From the NCBI GenBank assembly GCA_000002435.2, contig CM018792.1: 64,000 nt of DNA; one strand, 5' to 3'. This document shows positions 10,201 through 17,925 of the stretch, in pieces. This stretch comes from Giardia intestinalis (Eukaryota). The notes under the pieces were generated by a model that saw only the letters and a list, made by a program, of their open reading frames with translations, did no database searches and was not told the DNA's origin. The position numbers were made by a program, and so were the translations under genes. How positions within the stretch are numbered: the first letter of the stretch is position 1; the number at the start of each line of letters is the position of its first letter.

Positions 10201-11976
10201 TACCACGGTTACAGCTTGATGATTCCAGTAAGGAATACGTTTATGCAGCTTCTTATGAACTATCTTATAAAGCCTCCTGTTGTAATCGCAACGCCATCAA
10301 ATCAAACAATTAAGGCTCTCCCAGCTCGTGTAACCTCCGCGTCCCGCTTGCGCATGCTCAGCAAAACACTCAAAGGTATTGCATTTTCACAGAGCATCCC
10401 TGCGCAAGTTAAGCACCATATTTCGAGCATGATAAAAACATATCTCTTCTCCAATGTGTCTCTTTTATTTAGCAATGGAATGGTTGAAATTCTATACGAA
10501 GAACTTCACCAGTTTTACGCAACATATGACGATATCCTCGCAGAAAGCGGATACATCCTGGTGTACGCAGATGTCACGAAAAACATCATCGCGTCAGAGA
10601 AGATGGACCCAGAACTGCTTTTAAATAGTTATCGCTACTTGCTGCGTAACGTCTACTCGACGGGTCTCTTTCAGCTGTACGAACTACCATCTGTGGAGGC
10701 TGTCTGCCAGTGTTTGTGTGGATGTCCCGCCTATAGCAACGCCATCAAAGAGGCTCTAGTAATGCAACTACACAACAATACTATCATGAACATAGAGGGT
10801 TCTGTCTTCCTTTCAAAGGCAAAGGCACAAGCAAAACAAGCTTTAGAGTCCTCCCCTAGTTATGCGTTAAAATCCCCAGCCACAATAAACCCAACCTCGA
10901 AACAAGAAGAAGCGAAGACAGGAGAGGCAGCGTTCTGTTTTAACTCAAATATACCACAAATTACAGTAATACGCCATCTGGCGTTCATAGATATTGCAAA
11001 CTACTTTGGATACTCGTGCAACCTAGACCATGTGATAGGTCATTTTAGTGCTCAAGAGCCACTACCAAAGGAGCTTAGATACATCTTCCAGCTAGCTGCA
11101 TCTGCGTACTCTCTAATCATGAACGACAGTATAAGCAAGAGCGCTAAATCTGTCTCCTCGGCAAATGGAGAACTGAAAAGCAGTGGAACGAGATTCATTG
11201 AGTTTCTTCAAAAATGCGTTTTTGACATGGCGCCCTTTACTAAGGACGAGCAGGCTGTCTTCATGGGCAAATTAGTTGCTCTACAAGCAAATGCTAAGAT
11301 CCGCGAAACGCTACATACACTGGCAGATCTATTTCACATCTATTATATTAAAAACATAACTCAGTGGCCTCAGAAAGTAACGCACATGTACGCACAAGCA
11401 GGAATGTCGAAGTTGTTAGATAGTCTATCACCTGGGATATACTTTGTTAGAACATTTCTGTACATTTTTTCACTAGATGAACGAATCAGAGATGTGACTA
11501 GGTCGTTCTGCTGGGGGATTTTGCCCGGAATAGGAGTATATAGTCCCCTAGACACCAGAATAAAGTACGAAGAATTATTCCAGGAATATAATGTGTCGAA
11601 CATTCTGTGTGACGCATGCAAACAACTAAACCGCCTGGATGTTATGCGTAATAAGGCGTTCTACTGTTTCTCCTGCGGAGGCGTTATAGAAAGTAGCGTG
11701 CTTGAGAGAGGCTTAAGTAGGCAGTTATCACAACTGGTAACCGATTACTTTTCTCGGCAAAGCACATCAAGAACCGTGATAATTCATAAACACAATAATC
11801 TAGACAAAAATGAGGAAGAAATGCTTCTTGACCGTGTAACAAATGAAATAGGAATGATATTATTGGCATCTCAGGTTCATGATATGGTTGATCTCTTTGA
11901 AATGTGCACGTGGTGGAGCCAACAGCTTAATTATCACAACAGACAATTTAGTTTTGCGACGGTGGGGAAACAATAG
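4204..11976 (+). CDS. POLE: DNA polymerase epsilon catalytic subunit (family B), 2590 aa
   Basis: Exo I motif YDIETTK; motif A DVAAMYPNIMLTNKLQP (Pol-epsilon-specific variant of DxxSLYPS); motif B KCILNSFYGY; motif C ELDTDGIWC. A long non-catalytic C-terminal half ends with a Cys module, CDACKQLNRLD...CFSCGG. An AT-rich initiator lies upstream (ACGGAAAAATGG). Confidence 0.93.
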   Translation: MASRKPSEQPRTGTEQIKEQLLAIERADALYGCYRTTTPGVYRGWLYNLYETVLFGDPNEARIPSAQSPPLYAAVECYFMTAALDLFKIIIPVKPYFYIQAPVENYLFIQERLLLHYPDLHIEMTLIERNDLSVQNHIANDGIAHLRLSFDNLTNLRTVSTALLGLLRQKELSAVGDIYNKAGIARITPNTDIKSIPRTLKSLVDYIGNVLEHDVNLTARFLIDNELTMSTWYSVTVKPELETPLLERLEGGEFELPPVPKVLAYDIETTKKPLRFPNAEAGDQIMCISYMFDDQGYLLINRSIFSRDITDFEYTPKPEFPGKFACFNLPTEKDLLIFFFTHIRTARPNIFATFNGDFFDWPFVDVRAAAYGMDLLDEIGVLKSESTSRAGLVEKQYYARAVPHLDCFRWVRRDSYLPQGSQGLKAVTRAKLKYHPDELSPELMVSYAQTDPQVLASYSVSDAVATYYLYRKYVHPFIFALGTILPLNPDDILRRGTGTLCEHLLMVEAYQANVPFPNKHNDPLLQVVFDANKEKRILLNQTYVGGKVEAINAGVYRNDIAYDFGYYSEAFKTRRFEGYGYLLRYIDRDLIIQLNVSKVCNEHTSAYQSVLNILEEISLEQKTIESICKKDSHASATELCFYKTPNKNIIWLPDTWTKARERLKERLSKPFESYGNHVDNLIRHVETTICSNYSEVRNYIIEGLVACSNTVTSKPLLYHLDVAAMYPNIMLTNKLQPTAIVDPNTTCASCDFSTIKEAQVCQRIMEWDWRGSYYPLDFSEYLMIKNQTISQIGADRWMHALTESEKARLLHERLETYSKSQYKLKQKTEEMRRKTIVCQRENSFFIDTVRKFRDRRYRFKREQKDHSLKLSKAKKQLTELMEAGLEASEDAQNLRREIDSQTGLIVLKESLQLAHKCILNSFYGYAMRKGSRWYSLEMAAAVTHAGATIIKRARTLIEMIGFVLELDTDGIWCCLPSSFPETCTFTIIDPGNTDAQSSRRVSFSYPGTMLNALTQTQNTNKQYLINVIHNKDPPSHDHGIKLKCDKNAQGSLPGFDSNDMSLLLYASSPSRDLLLGKNTSSSSTQLESPIKAWKRVNECTIEFEVDGPYSCMVLSAAREEGVRIKKKYAVFDLTGGLSELKGFELKRRGELKIIKSFQTRVFSQFLKGGTLEDAYDHAARVANTYLDIIYTKGSFLTDQQLITLISEASTLKNSLNSTPKNRKSTSITCARRMTSFLDPLFASVDGLSVEYIISKLPEGSPVSERAVPVQIFNSPEHVRFKFLRQWIGDHKGDTVADIRELIDWDYYLARLSGAIYKIIVVPSGLQGIAASPVQRIAFPDWLVQSQAQLSTKQFSNILQQYLKIGSEKSKAAKLNTQAIERGNPYPNEEPLSSANTSNIQEDDPNESEDENDTVSTGTESDDSSCSHEEKDGHVRPHLVENRLVHHPKTAAEFSRWYMQQTVYWTELVEKNIIGRPYYLSHNVSLGGKHSISHQLRANRAMYDASNDFKLHIVTVTVLPSGKVSCFCINKNRIMKRIIFGTSVRVYFNLKTAIPQDVIANYSSPTLTIADVTKKNLVLPDMACCTQLLLYEMSADTHASGQSSFQELKSSVVVTDVYEADVSGPFRFLIEFRHKLDLPETYESRRFLNMGEVPYTYSAKYASQGSAKNGTDWFSIFPFEKDTSPCYPVGFVVETNKHLTSLLPDGRLALITVATDIDPLNLDIDAEAVAPDVASLFAQLLEDFVGHLSTGATKPGQATLDSVVAHTFRYILRVIKQCGVEEKERTSGLNIQTLKNALLFRTARNPSDAIEALAELYSQNSESALLFWKADCKSKSRARSTSTNIYFKEQHFIIDLPENPCPYTEILISHDTHAPYNQDAPTEEPSLKRPPVLSACNSEITRRFTMMLQPLVSLIVDTIVAQYISHIFTIPINLVLDESEFCKVVLPQDLLSGTQASCTTTLLLDTLIAREYANNNMLLPSRDRKESRMFATEYTLRSGMYHGYSLMIPVRNTFMQLLMNYLIKPPVVIATPSNQTIKALPARVTSASRLRMLSKTLKGIAFSQSIPAQVKHHISSMIKTYLFSNVSLLFSNGMVEILYEELHQFYATYDDILAESGYILVYADVTKNIIASEKMDPELLLNSYRYLLRNVYSTGLFQLYELPSVEAVCQCLCGCPAYSNAIKEALVMQLHNNTIMNIEGSVFLSKAKAQAKQALESSPSYALKSPATINPTSKQEEAKTGEAAFCFNSNIPQITVIRHLAFIDIANYFGYSCNLDHVIGHFSAQEPLPKELRYIFQLAASAYSLIMNDSISKSAKSVSSANGELKSSGTRFIEFLQKCVFDMAPFTKDEQAVFMGKLVALQANAKIRETLHTLADLFHIYYIKNITQWPQKVTHMYAQAGMSKLLDSLSPGIYFVRTFLYIFSLDERIRDVTRSFCWGILPGIGVYSPLDTRIKYEELFQEYNVSNILCDACKQLNRLDVMRNKAFYCFSCGGVIESSVLERGLSRQLSQLVTDYFSRQSTSRTVIIHKHNNLDKNEEEMLLDRVTNEIGMILLASQVHDMVDLFEMCTWWSQQLNYHNRQFSFATVGKQ

Positions 11977-12313
11977 ACAAAACCAGATTTTCACGCTCTG
12001 TGGCTATTGTCGTGCCATTATGGAATGCTAGGTACGCTTGCTGAGCATGTGATGCCAATAAGGTCGCAGAGGCAGCAAATCGTCGTATTGCAACAGTATT
12101 TTCCCGACTAATTATACTGTTTTCCAGCCCCAGGTCAACCCCATAGAGCCAGCTAGCGAAGCTCGTGGCCAGATGCTCGTCGTTCATCTATAACTTAGGT
12201 TCTAAATTGATTTTATTCGTCATGTTTTACAAGGAAGAAGCAAGTCACGCTAATTATGCAATTAATTCACTTGTTGCTTTGCAAACACTACAACTTGTAG
12301 TATGATACCGGCG

Positions 12314-13510
12314 TTATTTGTCGTCATATTCAATCCCAGGTCCAGCTGGAGGCGGCCCTTGACGCCCTGTTCTAGTAAACGCCCCGGAGCGGGCCTGGAG
12401 CGCGATTGCGCGGCGCGCGTCTGCGGCGGCGCCTCTGAAGAGCCCGCGCTCGGCGGCGTTGTGGGAGCCACAGCCCGGGCAGCGGTAGAGGTGGTGGCGC
12501 CGGGCGACAAAGAGCCCGCCGCACTCGTGGCATGCGCAGTCGACGAAGACGCCCCGGTACTCGGGCGGGACCGCAAGCGATCCCCGGAGCTCCTCCAGGC
12601 GCGCCTCGTAGAGCTCCCTGTCCTGCCCGAAGAGGACGAGCCGGCGGCAGACCGGGCACTTGTAGTTCGCCCCACCCAGGCGAAAGACGGCCTCGTAGCA
12701 GTGGCGGTGGCACGAGTGGCGCCCGCAGGGAAGGACGATGTACGGGTAGATGTTGTCCCGGAGGCCGTCGAGGCAGTAGACGCAGTTCCCGGGGTCCGGC
12801 GCGCACGCGTGAACCTGGCCAAGGGCGACTGTGTGGCATGTCCCGCAACGCTCGCAGTGCTCCGAGTACCCCGGAAGGCCCTGCCGGCACGTCCCGCAGC
12901 GGGCGCAGTGGAAGCTCGGACGCCCCTCGCGGCCCATTCCGCAGATGAGGCGACACGTCTCGCAGTAGCGCGTCCCGAAGGGCATCTGGCAGTGTGTGCA
13001 GCGGAGCCCGATGGGGCCGGTGGCGCGGCAGAAGAGACAGAAGACCTCTGCCGTGCGGGTCCGCGGGAACTCGTGGTCGTCGTGGGAGGCATCGTGGCAG
13101 AAGCGGCATAGAGAGCGCTCTCCGCAGACTGCGCAGTAGAGGAGGCAGCCCCGGACATAGTGTGGGCAGCCCACGGAGAGGCCCTGCTTGTGTGCGGCAT
13201 AGAGGTAGTGCGAGGCAGGGAGCGCCGGGTCCCGGGCGACCCGGCCGGCGCCCGCTGCGACCCGGATCGCGTAGGGCAGGGCGGGATCGTACGCCTCGAG
13301 CAGGCAGACGGGCTCTGCGACCTCCTCCCAGGAGCCCTGCAGCCCGCGGCCAGAGCCCTCGAGGATCGCCGAGATAAACGTCTTGCGCGGGCACCGCTGG
13401 CTCGGCTCGGCAGGATCGCCGCCGGGAGGGACGGTAAAGAGGGTGGTCAGGAGGACGCAGATTCGGGAGTCCGTAGGAACGCGTTCGACATCTGAAGCGC
13501 TATAGAGCAT
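12314..13510 (-). CDS. CHY zinc-finger + RING E3 ubiquitin ligase (RCHY1/Pirh2-like), left copy; C-terminal tail altered by the duplication junction (…GPGIEYDDK)
   Basis: CHY signature CPHYVRGC…CAVCGERS.CRFCHDASHDDHEF, CTCHY-like Cys/His module, a RING-H2-like CVYCLDGL…CGRHSCHRHCYEAV…CPVCRR and a zinc-ribbon YRCPGCGSHN. Confidence 0.8.
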   Translation of the reverse strand: MLYSASDVERVPTDSRICVLLTTLFTVPPGGDPAEPSQRCPRKTFISAILEGSGRGLQGSWEEVAEPVCLLEAYDPALPYAIRVAAGAGRVARDPALPASHYLYAAHKQGLSVGCPHYVRGCLLYCAVCGERSLCRFCHDASHDDHEFPRTRTAEVFCLFCRATGPIGLRCTHCQMPFGTRYCETCRLICGMGREGRPSFHCARCGTCRQGLPGYSEHCERCGTCHTVALGQVHACAPDPGNCVYCLDGLRDNIYPYIVLPCGRHSCHRHCYEAVFRLGGANYKCPVCRRLVLFGQDRELYEARLEELRGSLAVPPEYRGVFVDCACHECGGLFVARRHHLYRCPGCGSHNAAERGLFRGAAADARRAIALQARSGAFTRTGRQGPPPAGPGIEYDDK

Positions 13511-13544
13511 CTTTTTGCAGGCGCGCAGGGAACGGCGCAGGGAA

Positions 13545-14495
13545 TCACAGGGGAAGGCGGACGTCTCCGAGAACCACCGTCGTCACGGTGTGCGAGTGCC
13601 CGTTGTAGGCGTAGACATACTTGTCGGTCGGGTCGCCCGCGATGTTCCAGAGCTTCGCGCTCTTGTCTGCGGCCGTGATGATGCACGCCGAGTCCGCACT
13701 AAAGGCGCTCGCCCAGACCGTGGCCTCGTTTGTCCCCAGCACGCGGGCGCGCGTCAGATAGCAGTCCTCCTCAAGAGCAACGGACCAGATCTTGCAAGTC
13801 TTGTCGGCGCTGCACGTCGCCAGGACGGCCCCGTCCGGAGAGAGGTTGACGTGCATCACGGCATCCAAGTGCGCCTGGATGGACTGCTGAGGCGCGAAGA
13901 AGTGGCTGCTGCCCTTGTAGGCGTAGACGCGGACGATGCCCCGCCCGTCAGAGCACGCGAGGATTTGAGCCCCCGGGGCGCAGCTGACCGAACGGACGCC
14001 GACGTCGCACTCGAACGCGACCGTCGTTGCGAAGGGGTGCCGGGGCTGGCGCAGATCGTACGCAAGCAGGCGACCCTCCTGATCTCCCGTGACGAGGAGC
14101 GCCGCATCCCCCCGGTCGCACGCGACAGAGAGCGTGTTGAGGGCCGCGTCGTGGACGATGCAGCTAGTCTGCTTCCCCCCGCGGGTGTCGAAGAGCAGAA
14201 GGCGTCCGTCCTCGCCCACGCTGGCGACGGTCGAGTCGCCCTGGAGAAAGCAGCATCCTGTGACGTTGGAGAGGTGTCCGTCGAAGGCGGCGACTGGGTC
14301 CCGCCCGGCAGAGCCGAGGTCATAAACGGTCGTGGCGGAGAACCCGGCTGCAAGCAGGACTTTCCGGTCCGCGCTGAGGGCCAGCCCGTTGGCGACCTTT
14401 CCGAAGTTCAGCGTGCGGAGCGCACTTTCAGAGGTCGGCCGCCAGAGCTTGATCGACCCGTCGTAGCTCCCCGTGGCAATGACGACCTCTTCCAT
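13545..14495 (-). CDS. LST8: LST8 (G-beta-L, TOR complex WD40 subunit), left copy, 316 aa from MEEVVIATGSYDGSIKLWR
   Basis: Seven-WD40 protein of LST8 length. N-terminal blocks align with LST8 (VILATAGYDHTIRFWEA / PVASFEGH..NVT…SEDGT.K.WD.R pattern). The ORF-track 570-aa version carries an S/P-rich junk extension and was trimmed to the internal Met. Coordinate is ±1 nt. Confidence 0.75.
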   Translation of the reverse strand: MEEVVIATGSYDGSIKLWRPTSESALRTLNFGKVANGLALSADRKVLLAAGFSATTVYDLGSAGRDPVAAFDGHLSNVTGCCFLQGDSTVASVGEDGRLLLFDTRGGKQTSCIVHDAALNTLSVACDRGDAALLVTGDQEGRLLAYDLRQPRHPFATTVAFECDVGVRSVSCAPGAQILACSDGRGIVRVYAYKGSSHFFAPQQSIQAHLDAVMHVNLSPDGAVLATCSADKTCKIWSVALEEDCYLTRARVLGTNEATVWASAFSADSACIITAADKSAKLWNIAGDPTDKYVYAYNGHSHTVTTVVLGDVRLPL

Positions 14496-14502
14496 TTTTT
14501 GA

Positions 14503-15843
14503 CTAGAAGCGTCTCTGAGGGTCGAAGCTTGGAAGCAGCGTGGCCAACAGCAGGAGCACAAGCCTTGCGGCGCTGTGCATGCGGGGCCCCTGGGGCTGCG
14601 GAAGATTGATGTTCGCCTCCTCGAGGAGCTTGAAGACAGCCGGGGCTTGCGCGACCCTCCGGTAGCCCCCATGGGCCCGCTGCTCGCAGTCCTCGCGGAA
14701 GAAGTCGTCGAAGAACGCGTGGTAGAGGACGCCCTCGGCCCCCACGGGGTCTGCAGACTTGATGAACTCGACGATTGGCGCGGGCGGCAGGAAGTTCGCG
14801 GTGCTGTAGATGAGGGCCTTGGCGGCGTACGTGACGACGTAGGTCTTCCAGTAGAGGGCGGCCAGGGCGGCGAGGCTGGGAACGCTCGCGAGCTGAAAGA
14901 TGTAGATGACGCAGACGGTCCAGAACGTCGAGAGGACGTGGACGGCGAAGCCGATGGGGGAGACACGGACTGCCAGGAGCAGGTCTGGAGACAGGAGCAG
15001 CGGCCAGGGGGCGGCAAGTCGAGTGGCCACGGCGAGGTGATGGAGGGCGCGCCCGACGGCCACGAGAGGAAGGAGGAGCGTGTAGAGCGTGCTTCCGGCC
15101 CGCACGTACAGCCCGACCTCAAGAAACTGGCGGCGCGAAAACAGCCGGCGAGACTCCTGGCCACCCGAGGGCGTGATCGGGGGCATCTGGACGACGCGCA
15201 CAAAGAACGGCCCCTGGACCCCGGATCGCTGCAGAAACGTGCCGTAGTGCTGCGCAAGGACGCCCATGGGAAGGACCCAGGGAGCCGGATGAAGGCCCCG
15301 GAGGGTGCGGCAGACAGCCAGCGCCGGGTCCTCCAAGGGGCCGCCCAGAAGGTCTGCGGGGTCCAGACTGGCGCGCGTTGACCCTCGGAGGTCTGCTGCG
15401 GCGTACCCGATGTCCCGACAGCGGGCGCTTGCCTCGGGGGCGGCAGCCAGCCCGGGACCTCCAGGCTGTGCCAGGGGGTGGGTGTATCGGAGCCGGGTGA
15501 CGTGCTGCTTCACAACAAGGAAGAACGTGAGGAGCTCGGCGTCGCCCCGGACACGCGTCTGGACACGCCGGAGGTCTTCAAGGGTCAAGTGGAGCGGGGG
15601 GAGCCACTGGAGGAGGTTACGGCGAGACCTGGTGACGACCTGGTAGAGCTCGCAGCAATCATAGTCGGGGAGGGGCGTGGGTGCCGCAGCGGGCCCTGGG
15701 GGCTCGAGCAGGGAAAGGTTGGCCAGGGCTGCAAAGACAACCTCCCGGAGGCCCAGCTGGCCGTGGAGTGTCAGAAGCAGCGCCCGAATGCGTCCCCGGT
15801 GGGCTGTGAGGATGGCCGTCGGGATGCCATCGCTGATAGGCAT
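14503..15843 (-). CDS. multi-pass membrane protein, function unknown, left copy (446 aa)
   Basis: Several clear hydrophobic helices in the C-terminal half. Tightly packed head-to-tail with LST8. ATG sits in an AT-rich CATTTATAATTTTGATG element shared with the divergent neighbour. Confidence 0.6.
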   Translation of the reverse strand: MPISDGIPTAILTAHRGRIRALLLTLHGQLGLREVVFAALANLSLLEPPGPAAAPTPLPDYDCCELYQVVTRSRRNLLQWLPPLHLTLEDLRRVQTRVRGDAELLTFFLVVKQHVTRLRYTHPLAQPGGPGLAAAPEASARCRDIGYAAADLRGSTRASLDPADLLGGPLEDPALAVCRTLRGLHPAPWVLPMGVLAQHYGTFLQRSGVQGPFFVRVVQMPPITPSGGQESRRLFSRRQFLEVGLYVRAGSTLYTLLLPLVAVGRALHHLAVATRLAAPWPLLLSPDLLLAVRVSPIGFAVHVLSTFWTVCVIYIFQLASVPSLAALAALYWKTYVVTYAAKALIYSTANFLPPAPIVEFIKSADPVGAEGVLYHAFFDDFFREDCEQRAHGGYRRVAQAPAVFKLLEEANINLPQPQGPRMHSAARLVLLLLATLLPSFDPQRRF

Positions 15844-15854
15844 TTATAATTTTG
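15844..15854. promoter_or_regulatory. compact AT-rich bidirectional initiator between divergent genes (left arm); right-arm copy at 42314..42324
   Basis: Only ~11 bp separate the two start codons within CATTTATAATTTTGATG. This matches the short AT-rich Giardia promoter architecture. Confidence 0.5.
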
Positions 15855-16667
15855 ATGCCCCCCGGCATGCAACCTGACGACCCCCCGGCACGGCCAGCGG
15901 GATGCTGCCACAGGTTCGGAGCTGCGCTTCTCGCGATGCCCCGGTGTGCACTCTGCCTTCTTGCCCTCGAGCTGCTCGCCGGCCTTTCCCTGTCGCTGGC
16001 CTCGCTGGCGGGGGGCTTCCAGGCTGCAATCTGGCTCTCCATCAATATGGAGCGTGCATACAAGGACCTGGAGCTCTGGCGGCTGGTCAGCGCCCCTGTT
16101 CTCCCGGAGTCCGTCTTCCAGGGAGCCCTCTTCGCCTTGATCGGCTGGAACTCTGCGTTCCTACTGGAGCGGACCGTCGGCTGGAAGGTTTTTCTCGGGC
16201 TCCTCGCCTTTGCGGTCCCCTGCGTCTCCCTTCTGACGTCGGCCCTCACGGCCCTCCTCGCCCTCACCCCCGGCCTCCGGGACGTCCCGTACTTCGCCGC
16301 CCAGTGGACAAGCAATGCGAACATGGGGCCCGGACCCCTGCTGGTATTCCTGACGATTATGGGGATCCGGCTGTCCGGGCATAAGTCGTTCACTTGCTGC
16401 TTCCGGTGCCCCATCCCGGCGTGGGGCGTCATCCTCGTCACCGTCCTCATGGCCCAGGTGATGCTCTATCCCCCCTGGGAGGGCGTTCCCTACACGCTCT
16501 CGGGCGTCGTCGCAGCGTATGTCCTGCCGCGAAGAGCCTTCAGGAGGCCTTTGTCCCCGGAGGACGAGGCTCTCGTGGCCAGCGAGGACGGGCCCGAGGA
16601 CGTCCGGCCTACAGAGACACTTCCGCCTCCTGCCGAGGAGTTCCGGGGCCGGGGGAGGAGCCTGTGA
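15855..16667 (+). CDS. rhomboid/derlin-like polytopic membrane protein (probably catalytically inactive), left copy
   Basis: About 6 TM helices. A 'WR' motif (ELWRL) sits in the first luminal loop as in rhomboid-superfamily proteins. The GPGP segment lies where GxSG would be. The motif call comes from memory, not from a search. Confidence 0.45.
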   Translation: MPPGMQPDDPPARPAGCCHRFGAALLAMPRCALCLLALELLAGLSLSLASLAGGFQAAIWLSINMERAYKDLELWRLVSAPVLPESVFQGALFALIGWNSAFLLERTVGWKVFLGLLAFAVPCVSLLTSALTALLALTPGLRDVPYFAAQWTSNANMGPGPLLVFLTIMGIRLSGHKSFTCCFRCPIPAWGVILVTVLMAQVMLYPPWEGVPYTLSGVVAAYVLPRRAFRRPLSPEDEALVASEDGPEDVRPTETLPPPAEEFRGRGRSL

Positions 16668-17901
16668 CCGGTGTAAACCCCTCCCACGCAACTCCGTGGC
16701 GCCTGCTTCGGTTCATCAGGCGCAAACTACTCGTGGCAAAGCCGGGTAGGCTGTTGAGCCGGTGCTTGCAAAGGAGGTCGAGGGTCTTGTCTACCGGGCG
16801 ACTCAGGGGCCGTTCCAGACGCTGCCAGCGGAGGCAGAGCACCTGGGTCTCGAGGCGCGCGGCGAGCGCTCGTCGCAGTCGGAGGTTTCGGTCTGCAAAT
16901 GCGCGGCGCAGACGGTCGAGCGTGGGGGCGGCGCTGCCGGCCATCATCTCGCCGACGATGCGACGGGTCTCGTCGAATGCAGAGCCCCCAGAGGCCGGGC
17001 GGCTGGGCACTCCGCGGTGCGTGGAGAGGCGGCAGATCCCCGGCGCACGCCCACCTCTGCCCGCAAGCGACCCGCGGGCCCGAGGAAGCACAGGCGCGGC
17101 CGAGGAGGGCTCAACCGCAGACGGCACCCCGTCGTCGTTGAGGTCTGCCACCAGGCGCTCGATGTTTGCAAACTCGAAGGCCTCCTCGACCGCCTTGCTG
17201 ACCCCAACGACGCTGAACTGCCGCTGACGGGCGTGTGTCCTCGAAGGCCCGACAGGCGCCGATGCCAGCGGGAGCAGGGGCGCTGCGGCGTAGAGCCCGA
17301 CGTTCTGGACCGCCTGGAGGTGCGTCACGTCGTCGTGCTCGTCGTCCGGGGAGACAACTGGGCGGGAAAAGTAGGGCGCGCCCTGTGCGTCTGCGGGCGA
17401 AAGCGTCCGAAGGCCCTTGACAAGGTCGTCGTTTGCGCGAAAGCGGTTCTTCACGGGGCGGAGGCGTAGGGGAATGCCCGAGCGGGGCCCCAGGACCCCG
17501 CCGATCCCTGCGATGTTCGTTGGATAGGCCGGCTCGAAGCCGACGAAGCTGGAGGCCTCCTCGCTCGCGAAGGCGGCGCACGGGTCTGTAGGGAGCGGGG
17601 CCATGCGAGTTGAGCCTATGTGCGACTCGCGGTCCTGGAGGTAGAGAAGGGGCGGCTGGCCCGCGTAGATCTGGGCTGCAGTCGCCTGCTCAAGAGACAC
17701 GGCGCTGCTGCGCGTCACAAGGGCTGCTCTGTGACGGGGCGTGGGGGCCCCGAGAGCGACCTCGAGGGCGGCGAGCCTCTGTTCGCGCACCGCAATCGCG
17801 GTCATTAGAGGCGCCTTCCGAGCCGAGAGCTCGTCGAGGCGGCGGCTGATGGCCCAGAGCTCCTGGATTGCCGCGCCAAGCAGGGTGCTCTCGGGGTCCA
17901 T
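16609..17901 (-). CDS. hypothetical protein (430 aa from MDPESTLL…), left copy
   Basis: The longest ORF in this block with balanced amino-acid composition. Competing frames are R/P/G-rich. Divergent from the ankyrin gene across a short AT-richer spacer. Confidence 0.45.
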   Translation of the reverse strand: MDPESTLLGAAIQELWAISRRLDELSARKAPLMTAIAVREQRLAALEVALGAPTPRHRAALVTRSSAVSLEQATAAQIYAGQPPLLYLQDRESHIGSTRMAPLPTDPCAAFASEEASSFVGFEPAYPTNIAGIGGVLGPRSGIPLRLRPVKNRFRANDDLVKGLRTLSPADAQGAPYFSRPVVSPDDEHDDVTHLQAVQNVGLYAAAPLLPLASAPVGPSRTHARQRQFSVVGVSKAVEEAFEFANIERLVADLNDDGVPSAVEPSSAAPVLPRARGSLAGRGGRAPGICRLSTHRGVPSRPASGGSAFDETRRIVGEMMAGSAAPTLDRLRRAFADRNLRLRRALAARLETQVLCLRWQRLERPLSRPVDKTLDLLCKHRLNSLPGFATSSLRLMNRSRRHGVAWEGFTPVTGSSPGPGTPRQEAEVSL

Positions 17902-17925
17902 TGTAAATTCCGATCGCAAGTTCAT

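Noticed and set aside
4868-11869. Small ORFs (60-110 codons) inside and antisense to POLE, the giant coiled-coil genes and other large genes
   Set aside because: They are chance ORFs within clearly coding sequence, with no initiator context or composition support.
4204-11976. A family-B polymerase of this size raised the possibility of a giant-virus or organellar polymerase
   Set aside because: The motifs are the Pol-epsilon-specific variants (DVAAMYPNIM, inactive C-terminal polymerase half, C-terminal Cys modules). The genomic context is Giardia nuclear DNA.
12262-13394. Several 138-340-codon ORFs overlapping the CHY-RING gene on both strands (12262..13200 -, 12302..13111 +, 12372..13394 -, 12532..12948 +, 12994..13377 +) and their mirror copies at 44791..45933
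   Set aside because: All are R/P/G/A/S low-complexity translations of ~70% GC DNA. Only the 12314..13510 frame carries ordered Cys/His zinc-finger motifs.
13545-15257. 570-aa version of the LST8 ORF, and the 477-aa version of the hypothetical ORF (16609..18042)
   Set aside because: The N-terminal extensions are S/P/R-rich junk. They begin at non-ATG codons and overlap the upstream genes. The internal Met (MEEVV…, MDPESTLL…) gives compact, sensible gene spacing.
13515-17469. Further long ORFs inside the arms (13515..14609 +, 14575..15381 +, 16394..17227 +, 16762..17469 +, 16161..16691 -)
   Set aside because: They are alternate-frame or antisense to better-supported genes, with low-complexity composition. 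They are a GC-richness artefact.
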